DNA from: Pseudomonas sp.
GTDB lineage: Bacteria > Pseudomonadota > Gammaproteobacteria > Pseudomonadales > Pseudomonadaceae
Direction: 5' to 3'
Assembly: GCF_050739935.1 (NCBI RefSeq)
Contig: NZ_JBOICF010000045.1
Coordinates: 8,404 to 72,403 of the forward strand
DNA: 64,000 nt
The notes under the pieces are model-generated. The model was not told where the DNA came from, did no database searches, and saw nothing but the letters and a program-made list of their open reading frames with translations. This document shows positions 10,318 through 17,988 of the stretch, piece by piece (position 1 is the stretch's first letter; every line of letters starts with the position of its first letter). Made by a program: the position numbers and the translations under genes.

Positions 10318-10373
10318 GGCGCCGTGTGCTCCCCGTTTTTTATTAAGCGGTGGGGAACAGGGCGTCTTTTTTT
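10318..10373 (+). terminator. Intrinsic terminator in the nitrate reductase leader (candidate antitermination target)
   Basis: GGCGCCGTGTGCTCCCC...GGGGAACAGGGCGTC hairpin followed by TTTTTTT (10367-10373), about 18 nt before the ATG at 10392. Confidence 0.6.
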
Positions 10374-10391
10374 GGCTTCGGGAAAGTGGAT

Positions 10392-13300
10392 ATGGCGAGC
10401 AACAGCGTGCGGAGTGTGTGTCCTTATTGCGGTGTCGGCTGCGGCATCGTCATGCAGGTCGAAAACAATCGGGTGATCAAGGTCACCGGCGACAAGACCC
10501 ATCCGACCAACTTCGGTCGCCTATGTACCAAAGGCACAACCTGCGGCCAGGCCATCGCCGAATCGGGGCGTATGGAATCGGCGTACCTGCGTCATCAGCG
10601 CAACCAGGATCCGGTGCGCACCGGCATCGATATCGCCATCAGCGAAACCGCACAGCGCCTGCGCGCGATCCTTGATCGCGAAGGCCCCGATGCGCTGGCG
10701 TTTTACGTTTCCGGGCAGATGTCCCTGGAAGCGCAATACCTGACCAACAAACTCGCCAAGGGCTTCGTGCGCACCCCCAACATCGAGTCCAACTCGCGGC
10801 TGTGCATGGCCAGTGCCGGGAGCGGCTACAAACTTTCGTTGGGCTCCGACGGCCCGCCGGGTTCTTACGACGACTTCGACAAGGCCGACCTGTTCTTCGT
10901 GATCGGCGCGAATATGGCCGACTGTCACCCGATCCTGTTCCTGCGCATGATGGATCGGGTCAAGGCCGGGGCGAAGCTGATCGTCGTCGACCCCCGGCGC
11001 AGCGCCACGGCGGACAAGGCCAGCCTGTTTCTGCAGATCAAACCCGGCACCGATCTGGCGTTGCTCAATGGCCTGTTGCACCTGTTGCTGGAAAGCGGCG
11101 ACATCGACGCAGACTTCATCGCTTCGTACACCCAGGGCTGGGATGCCATGCCCGACTTCCTCGCCGATTATTTCCCCGCCAACGTGGCGCAAATCACCGG
11201 TCTGGCAGAAGCAGATATTCGTCAGGCCGCGCAGATGATCGGCCAGGCACCGGAGTGGATGAGCTGCTGGACCATGGGCCTGAACCAAAGCACCCACGGC
11301 ACTTGGAATACCAACGCGCTGTGCAATTTGCATCTGGCGACCGGGAAAATCTGCCGCCCCGGCAGCGGTCCGTTTTCCCTCACAGGCCAGCCCAATGCCA
11401 TGGGCGGCAGGGAAATGGGCTACATGGGGCCGGGACTTCCCGGACAGCGCTCGGTGCTGGCACAAGCGGATCGCAGCTATATAGAAGAAATGTGGTCGAT
11501 CCCCCACGGCTCTCTCGGGCAGAAATCCGGTGGTGGCACCATCGATATGTTCAAGCAGATGCGCGCTGGCACGATCAAGGCTTGCTGGATCATCTGCACC
11601 AACCCGGTCGCCAGCGTCGCCAACCGCGCCTCAGTCATCGAAGGGTTGCAGGCCGCCGAGCTGGTGATCACCCAGGATGCCTTCCTCGACACTGAAACCA
11701 ACCGCTACGCCGACATCCTGTTACCCGGCGCGCTGTGGGCCGAAGCCGAAGGCGTGATGATCAATTCCGAGCGCAATCTGAACCTGACGCAAAAAGCGGT
11801 CGATGCGCCGGGCGACGCCTTGCCCGATTGGCAGATCATCGCCCGCGTGGCCTGTGAAATGGGCTTCGCCGAGGCTTTCACTTACCGCTCGGCCGAGGAT
11901 GTCTTCGAGGAAATCAAACAGGCGTGGAATCCGAAAACCGGCTACGACATCCGCGGCGCCAGTTATGCGCGGCTGCGTGAAGGGTCCCTGCAATGGCCCT
12001 GCGCACCCGACTCCGACGCCGCGCGCAATCCGATTCGTTACCTCAACGATGGGACAAGTCAGACCCTGAAACTGGATGAGCGAGGCCAGCGTCCAGCCAT
12101 CGTGTTCGCCACCGAGAACGGCAAGGCAGTCTTTCTGCCGCGCCCGCACATGCCGCCTGCCGAGATGCCCGGCGAAGACTTTCCGATGGTGCTCAACACC
12201 GGCCGCGTACAGCATCATTGGCACACCCTGACCAAGACCGGCAAAGTCGCGACCCTGAACAGACTTAACCCCGGGCCTTTCATAGAAATACACCCGGACG
12301 ATGCCACCGCTCTTGGCATCGCCGCCAAGGACGCGGTCGAAGTGCGCTCGGCAAGAGGACGCGCCGTGCTGCCGGCGGTGGTCACCGATCGAGTGCGGCC
12401 GGGTAACTGTTTCGCGCCGTTTCATTGGAACGATGTGTACGGTGAGAACCTGGCAATCAACGCCGTCACCAGCGACGCCGTCGACCCGGTCTCGCAACAG
12501 CCCGAATTCAAATTCTGTGCGGTGGCGCTGCGCAAACTCGACCTGATCGGCCATCGTTTTCTTGAAACACCCGAGGCTGCGGATCAAGCCTCGGACCCCG
12601 TGCCGCCGACCGTCCTGCATACCAAGGAGCCTGCTATGTCGCGTCTCGCTGCCTTTGCTCGAATCACCGGTATCGCGCAGGTGCCTGCCCCGGAACTGAA
12701 TGATCAGCAGCGCACCTGGCTATCTGGTTTTTTCACCGCACTGCAATCGGCCCCTGCCGATGATGTGCCGGTGCTGCCTCAATCGGCGCCATTTGCCGAC
12801 GGTACGCGGTCATGGCTCGATGGGCTGCTGGCAGGCCTGTTCAATCGCAGCGCAAATGAGCTGTCGGCGGCGGCCCAGGAGAGTCCCGTCCCGGCTCAGA
12901 GCAAGGCCGATCTGACGTTGCTCTGGGCCTCGCAGACCGGTAATGCCGAAGCGCTGGCGCAACGCTTCGGTAACCGCTTGCGTGAGTCCGGTATCGCCGT
13001 GACGGTCAGCGACATGGCGGCATTTTCAGCGGAGCAGCTAGACAAGGTCGGCAATCTGGCACTCATCAGCAGCACCTTCGGAGACGGCGACGCGCCGGAT
13101 AATGGCCAACCGTTCTGGTCCTTTCTCAGCAGCCGTCAGGCGCGTCTTGAGTCGCTGCGCTACGCGGTGCTGGCACTGGGCGATCCCAACTATGATCAGT
13201 TCTGCCAGCATGGCAAAAACCTCGATCAGCGGCTGCAAGCGCTGGGTGCCTCGCCGTTGCTGCCCAGGCTTGATTGCGACACCGATTATGAGGTGCCCGC

Positions 13301-14498
13301 CGACGCCTGGCTGGACAAGTTACAGCGCGCGCTGACAGTGGACTCAACCTCGTCGAGCGTTGAACCCAGGCCTGCCACGGCCTTGGCTGAGGTGCCCAGT
13401 CGTGCGCGACCTCTGTCGTCGAAGCTGGTCATCAACAACCGTCTGAACGGCGCAGGCTCAAGCAAGGACACACGGCAGCTCGCGCTGAGTCTGGGTGGCA
13501 GCGCGATGAAATATGAAGCGGGTGACGCGCTGGGCGTCTGGCCGCGCAATTGCCCGGCGCTGGTGGACGAATTGCTGACGCTGACCGGGCTGAATGGCGA
13601 GCACGTCGTGCAGGTCGATAAAGTCGGTGAAATGCCGCTGCATCGGGCCCTGACCGAGCACTACGAAATCGCCCGGGCACACCGTGACACGTTAAATCTG
13701 ATCGCAGAGCGCAGCCGTCATCCTGAACTGCAGACGCTGCTTGCCGAGGCGAACAAGGACGCATTGAAGGACTGGCTGTGGGGGCGGCAGTTGGCGGATG
13801 TGCTGCAGGCCTGCAAAACCCAGTGTCAGCCTCAGGAATTGCTTGACTCGCTGAAGCGATTGCAACCGCGTCTGTACTCCATCGCTTCCAGTTCCAAGGC
13901 GCATCCGCATGAGGTACACCTGACGGTTTCCACCGTGCGTTACGGCAAACGAAAAGGGGTATCGTCGACGTTTCTCGCCGATCGCGCCGATGACGGCCAA
14001 GTGCCGATCTTCCTGCAACCGACCCGCCACTTTCGCCCGCCCGCCGATGGTGACGTGCCGATGATCATGATCGGACCGGGTACTGGCGTAGCGCCGTTTC
14101 GCGCGTTTCTGCAGGAGCGGCGAATGCGTGGAGATCGCGGGCGCAACTGGCTGTTCTTTGGTGAGCAACACGCGGCGAGTGATTTCTATTACCGCGATGA
14201 GCTGCAAGGGATGCACAAGGACGGACTGCTGACCCGTTTGAGTCTGGCGTTTTCCCGGGATCAGGCGGAAAAGGTCTACGTCCAACATCGCATCCGGCAG
14301 CAGGGCGCCGAAGTATGGAGCTGGTTGCAGGAAGGCGCTCAGCTTTATATCTGTGGCGACGCCACCTACATGGCCAAAGACGTTGATCAGGCGCTGCGCC
14401 AGGTCATCAGTGAGCACGGTGGCCTGAGTGCGGAAGATGCCGCTGAGCATTTGCGTTATCTGGCCGAGCAGAAGCGGTATGTGCGGGATGTTTATTGA
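10392..14498 (+). CDS. Assimilatory nitrate reductase catalytic domain fused to a flavodoxin/FAD/NADPH (CysJ-like) diflavin reductase
   Basis: 1368 aa from ATG 10392 (MASNSVRSVCPYCGVGCG: the 4Fe-4S motif of molybdopterin oxidoreductases). The bis-MGD domain runs to about aa 735. After a linker come a flavodoxin-like module (LLWASQTGNAE...STFGDGD) and an FNR-like module (RLYSIASS, GPGTGVAPFRAF). Confidence 0.85.
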   Translation: MASNSVRSVCPYCGVGCGIVMQVENNRVIKVTGDKTHPTNFGRLCTKGTTCGQAIAESGRMESAYLRHQRNQDPVRTGIDIAISETAQRLRAILDREGPDALAFYVSGQMSLEAQYLTNKLAKGFVRTPNIESNSRLCMASAGSGYKLSLGSDGPPGSYDDFDKADLFFVIGANMADCHPILFLRMMDRVKAGAKLIVVDPRRSATADKASLFLQIKPGTDLALLNGLLHLLLESGDIDADFIASYTQGWDAMPDFLADYFPANVAQITGLAEADIRQAAQMIGQAPEWMSCWTMGLNQSTHGTWNTNALCNLHLATGKICRPGSGPFSLTGQPNAMGGREMGYMGPGLPGQRSVLAQADRSYIEEMWSIPHGSLGQKSGGGTIDMFKQMRAGTIKACWIICTNPVASVANRASVIEGLQAAELVITQDAFLDTETNRYADILLPGALWAEAEGVMINSERNLNLTQKAVDAPGDALPDWQIIARVACEMGFAEAFTYRSAEDVFEEIKQAWNPKTGYDIRGASYARLREGSLQWPCAPDSDAARNPIRYLNDGTSQTLKLDERGQRPAIVFATENGKAVFLPRPHMPPAEMPGEDFPMVLNTGRVQHHWHTLTKTGKVATLNRLNPGPFIEIHPDDATALGIAAKDAVEVRSARGRAVLPAVVTDRVRPGNCFAPFHWNDVYGENLAINAVTSDAVDPVSQQPEFKFCAVALRKLDLIGHRFLETPEAADQASDPVPPTVLHTKEPAMSRLAAFARITGIAQVPAPELNDQQRTWLSGFFTALQSAPADDVPVLPQSAPFADGTRSWLDGLLAGLFNRSANELSAAAQESPVPAQSKADLTLLWASQTGNAEALAQRFGNRLRESGIAVTVSDMAAFSAEQLDKVGNLALISSTFGDGDAPDNGQPFWSFLSSRQARLESLRYAVLALGDPNYDQFCQHGKNLDQRLQALGASPLLPRLDCDTDYEVPADAWLDKLQRALTVDSTSSSVEPRPATALAEVPSRARPLSSKLVINNRLNGAGSSKDTRQLALSLGGSAMKYEAGDALGVWPRNCPALVDELLTLTGLNGEHVVQVDKVGEMPLHRALTEHYEIARAHRDTLNLIAERSRHPELQTLLAEANKDALKDWLWGRQLADVLQACKTQCQPQELLDSLKRLQPRLYSIASSSKAHPHEVHLTVSTVRYGKRKGVSSTFLADRADDGQVPIFLQPTRHFRPPADGDVPMIMIGPGTGVAPFRAFLQERRMRGDRGRNWLFFGEQHAASDFYYRDELQGMHKDGLLTRLSLAFSRDQAEKVYVQHRIRQQGAEVWSWLQEGAQLYICGDATYMAKDVDQALRQVISEHGGLSAEDAAEHLRYLAEQKRYVRDVY

Positions 14499-14513
14499 AT
14501 CTTCATCGACACC

Positions 14514-14597
14514 GCCGGAGCGAGCTTACCCGCGATCGTGTTCTGTCAGACGTCCTGGCGGTTACTGGCGAATGCATCGCGGGCGAGCGCGCTCATA
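14514..14597. repeat. REPIN-like hairpin downstream of the nitrate reductase gene
   Basis: Inverted arms GGAGCGAGCTTACCCGCGAT / ATCGCGGGCGAGCGCGCTC separated by about 38 nt. Confidence 0.6.
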
Positions 14598-14798
14598 CAA
14601 CGGATATGGCGATCGAATGATTTTTGCCGAGCGCCTGAACCCAAACTGAACGGTTTTCTCGATCAAACGAGAAAACCTTTTGATACCTGAACTTATCTGC
14701 CTTTTCCCCCTCTCATGCCGGTAGCCATTGATCGCGGCGGCCTGATAAGCTCGCGGCTTTACTCGTTTGCCCTATTGGCGCATGAACAAGGAAACAGG

Positions 14799-15590
14799 AT
14801 GAAACAGCATCGGTTGGCAGCGGCGATTGCCCTGGTCGGTCTGGTACTCGCGGGCTGCGATAAGCAAGCCAGCACCGTTGAGCTGAAAACCTCGGCACAA
14901 AAAGCCTCTTACGGCATCGGCCTGAACATGGGCAAAAGCCTGGCTCAGGAAGGCATGGACGACCTGGATTCCAAAGCCGTAGCGCTCGGTATCGAAGACG
15001 CAGTCGGCAAGAAAGAACAGAAACTCAAGGATGAAGAGCTGGTAGCGGCCTTCGGCGATCTGCAAAAGCGTGCCGAAGAACGCATGGCCAAAATGAGCGA
15101 AGAGTCGGCAGCAGCTGGCAAGAAATTCCTCGAAGAAAACGGCAAGCGCAAGGAAGTGACCACCACGGCTTCCGGCCTGCAATACGAAATCATCAAGAAA
15201 GCCGACGGCCCGGTGCCCAAGCCGACTGACGTCGTGACCGTTCACTACGAAGGCAAGCTGACTGACGGCAAGGTATTCGATAGCTCGGTCGAGCGCGGCA
15301 GCCCGATCGATCTGCCAGTCAGCGGTGTGATTCCTGGCTGGGTCGAAGGCCTGCAATTGATGCACGTCGGCGAGAAGGTCAAGCTCTACATTCCGAGCGA
15401 TCTGGCCTACGGTGCGCAAAGCCCGAGCCCGATGATTCCGGCCAACTCGGTGCTGGTCTTTGACCTGGAACTGCTGGGCATCAAGGATCCAGCCGCTGCC
15501 GGTAACGACGCCGCTGGTGCCGCTGGTGCGGATGAGGAAGAAGAAGCAGCACCGGCAGCAGAACCTGCCAAGCCTGCAGCCAAGAAGTAA
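14799..15590 (+). CDS. FKBP-type peptidyl-prolyl cis-trans isomerase, lipoprotein
   Basis: 263 aa from ATG 14799 (RBS AAGGAAACAGG). Lipobox LVLAGC. FKBP core (VTVHYEGKLTDGKVFDSS...GVIPGWVEGLQLM...IPSDLAYG). Ala/Glu-rich low-complexity C-terminal tail. Confidence 0.85.
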   Translation: MKQHRLAAAIALVGLVLAGCDKQASTVELKTSAQKASYGIGLNMGKSLAQEGMDDLDSKAVALGIEDAVGKKEQKLKDEELVAAFGDLQKRAEERMAKMSEESAAAGKKFLEENGKRKEVTTTASGLQYEIIKKADGPVPKPTDVVTVHYEGKLTDGKVFDSSVERGSPIDLPVSGVIPGWVEGLQLMHVGEKVKLYIPSDLAYGAQSPSPMIPANSVLVFDLELLGIKDPAAAGNDAAGAAGADEEEEAAPAAEPAKPAAKK

Positions 15591-15616
15591 TCGATACGCC
15601 GATTACCGCTTGCACG

Positions 15617-15650
15617 AAATGCCCCGTCTCGACGGGGCATTTTCATTTTT
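15617..15650 (+). terminator. Rho-independent terminator after the FKBP gene
   Basis: AAATGCCCCG-TCTCGA-CGGGGCATTT hairpin followed by a T-rich tract. Confidence 0.75.
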
Positions 15651-15882
15651 GTCGAAAAAAAATCGAACGGGGTAGGGCACATACAGTCCCAATACCGTTG
15701 ACGGATCGAGCGAATATCGGGATTTGTTGATTGATGCGTCAGGTTTCGATGTGCATCCGGTAGTCTCGACAAGCGCTCAAGTCAACGAATTTCTGCGTTT
15801 TCTTATGTGAGTAAAAAACGCGCGATTTAAGCCAGGGCCCGATAGTGCGGGCGTTTCAGGGCCGCAAAGCGGCTCTGTTCAC

Positions 15883-15913
15883 AAGGTTATCCACAATTTG
15901 TGTGGATAACCTT
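15883..15913. promoter_or_regulatory. Inverted pair of perfect DnaA boxes
   Basis: AAGGTTATCCACA-ATTTG-TGTGGATAACCTT has 13-bp perfect arms. Each arm carries the consensus R-box TTATCCACA (15887-15895; complement at 15901-15909). It sits about 95 nt upstream of the ykvA-like gene. Confidence 0.55.
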
Positions 15914-16005
15914 TCGTGCGTACAGGGTGGCGCTTCCTGGTTGGGTTCTTCATCAGTGGCGATTGACCGATTGGTCGATTTTTATCGATATCGCTGGAGT
16001 GAAAT

Positions 16006-16455
16006 ATGAAAGCACCCTGGAACTTCATTCGTTATCTTCCCATGGCCAAACGCCTGATGGCGGCGGGCCGTTTGCCCGCGTTGTTGTTCGCCGTGGCAGG
16101 CAAGGCCGCCAGCGAAGGTAACCGGCTGGGCAAACTCAAGGACGATCTGAAACTGCTCCAGGCGTTGTGTCTGGCGTATTGGCGCGGCGAGTATCGGGCC
16201 ATCAGCGGCAAGGCAATCCTGTCGGTGGTCGCAGGGCTGATGTATTTCCTGAGCCCGCTTGACGCCATTCCCGACTGGATTCCAGGTTTGGGCATGCTCG
16301 ATGACATCGCCGTGCTGGCGTGGGTCATGAAGAATCTCGATGCCGAACTCAATGCTTTTCGCGCCTGGCGTGAGCGACAGAACCCGGAAAAGCTGGCGGT
16401 GGTCGAGCGACTGCCTGAAACGCCGAAACTGCTGGAGCGGGAGAAGAAGGATTAA
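16006..16455 (+). CDS. YkvA/DUF1232 family membrane protein
   Basis: 149 aa. LMYFLSPLDAIPDWIPGLGMLDDIAVLAWV is the characteristic DUF1232 core. Confidence 0.7.
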   Translation: MKAPWNFIRYLPMAKRLMAAGRLPALLFAVAGKAASEGNRLGKLKDDLKLLQALCLAYWRGEYRAISGKAILSVVAGLMYFLSPLDAIPDWIPGLGMLDDIAVLAWVMKNLDAELNAFRAWRERQNPEKLAVVERLPETPKLLEREKKD

Positions 16456-16709
16456 CACCCGTTTGGTCACGGCACATCAATATGCTGGCATGGCATAAGT
16501 CTGGCGCCCTCAGGCATGCCATGCTGCTACATGGCGAAGCAGGCCCGCTGTTATCGTCAATCTGTCTCAATCCCCATAAAAAACGTCGTTCCAGTAAAGA
16601 CTCTGTCGGTTGGGCGTACGCCTTTGCGCCTCATCCGCTGTTAAGATGCCGCCAATATCAAGAAAAAAAGATTACAAGAGCCGGCTTTTTGTCCTACAGG
16701 GGGGGTGGT

Positions 16710-17060
16710 ATGGATCTTCAGGTTATTTCTCGCGATGGAGAGCCAGAGTACGCGGTCCTGCCGTGGGCGCAGTATCAGGCCCTGTTGCAAGCGGCCGGAG
16801 TTTCCGAGCCGCAAATTTCAGTACCCGCTGCTCAGTCCGCCGACGCCACCGCTTCTGCATCCGCTGATTTCCCGTCATTCGACCAGCTAGGTGCGCTACG
16901 CCAAGCCAAGGGTATTGAAGCTGCCAAACTGGCGCGCGCTGTCGGCATCAGTCCTTCTTATCTGGAATTGATCGAGAACGGCACGCGTCAGCCCGATGCG
17001 GCCATTCGGCGAAGTCTGGCCTGGGAGCTGGGTGTGCCCGGCTGGCGAGGTGAGCCATGA
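16710..17060 (+). CDS. XRE-family helix-turn-helix protein
   Basis: 116 aa from ATG 16710 (the track ORF starts earlier at 16482 without support). The C-terminal HTH is LGALRQAKGIEAAKLARAVGISPSYLELIENG. The stop overlaps the next gene's start (ATGA). Confidence 0.65.
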   Translation: MDLQVISRDGEPEYAVLPWAQYQALLQAAGVSEPQISVPAAQSADATASASADFPSFDQLGALRQAKGIEAAKLARAVGISPSYLELIENGTRQPDAAIRRSLAWELGVPGWRGEP

Positions 17061-17431
17061 GCGTGCGCATCAGCCGTCAGCATTGGGAAGCCCTACTTGC
17101 AGAGCTTGATCTGGCGCGTAAGCAGCGTCATCTGGTGACCTATCGCGCGCTGCTGGAACGCCTGCAACTGCCGACCCCGGCGATGCAGACCCTGACCGCC
17201 GCCCTCGAACACCTCGCCGCCCTCGACGCCCGCGCCGAACAGCCTTTGCGCAGTTCGCTGGTCATCAGCCAAGGCGCCAGCCGCCTGCCACGCACCGGCT
17301 TCTTCGAGTGCGCCGAACGCCTGAACCGCTTCTCCGGCCCCTCCGACGGCGTCGCCGCAGCCTCCTGGCACGCCGCGGAAGTGGCGCGGGTGTTTGAGTT
17401 CGAATATCCGGAAGAGATTAAGCGTGAATAA
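17057..17431 (+). CDS. Hypothetical protein translationally coupled to the HTH gene
   Basis: 124 aa. Its ATG overlaps the upstream stop (17057-17060). No motif I can name; a possible winged-helix-like segment (VTYRALLERLQLPTP...). Confidence 0.5.
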   Translation: MSVRISRQHWEALLAELDLARKQRHLVTYRALLERLQLPTPAMQTLTAALEHLAALDARAEQPLRSSLVISQGASRLPRTGFFECAERLNRFSGPSDGVAAASWHAAEVARVFEFEYPEEIKRE

Positions 17432-17532
17432 ACACCATTTCTGGTGAGCGGCGGGAGGGGCGCATCAATATCCCCCGTTGAACCGCCGGCAGGCCACGCG
17501 GCGCATGAAGGTCTTCACATCGCAGGAATCAA

Positions 17533-17950
17533 TTTGCTGGCGAAGGCGTCTGTTCAGACATTGCTGTATTGAATGTCCCACCGGTTCGCCAGCAAGCCGG
17601 CTCCTACAAAGGGGTTTGGCGTATGAAGATTCGCGTCGAGCCGGCCACGACAAATGGCGTCGGTGCGAATCCGGCGTCGAACCGCGAGCCTATAGGAGCC
17701 GGCTGCTGGCGAACGCGTCAGGCCTGATATTGCTGTATTGAATGTCCCACCGCTTTCGCCAGCAAGCCGGCTCGTACAAAGGGATTTGGCGTATGAAGAT
17801 TCGCGTCGAGCCGGCCACAGCCAATGGCATCGGTGCGAATCCGGCGTCGAACCGAGAGCCTGTAGGAGCCGGCTTGCTGGCGAAGGCGTCAGGCCTGATA
17901 TTGCTGTATTGAATGTCCCACCGCTTCGTCAGCAAGCCGGCTCCTTCAGG
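17533..17950. repeat. Tandem array of three REPIN-like units (period about 170 bp)
   Basis: The marker ATTGCTGTATTGAATGTCCCACCG recurs at 17560, 17729 and 17900. Each unit contains inverted REP arms CGCCAGCAAGCCGGCTCCTAC / GTAGGAGCCGGCTGCTGGCG. It lies between convergent gene ends. Confidence 0.85.
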
Positions 17951-17988
17951 GCATGCGCGTATAAAATCCTGCGCCGCGCGGCGGACAT

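Noticed and set aside
17533-17950. Possible CRISPR array (regularly spaced repeats)
   Set aside because: The period is about 170 bp and the whole unit, including the would-be spacers, is repeated. The repeats are REP-type palindromes (GTAGGAGCCGGC...) and no cas genes are present. It is a REPIN array, not a CRISPR array.
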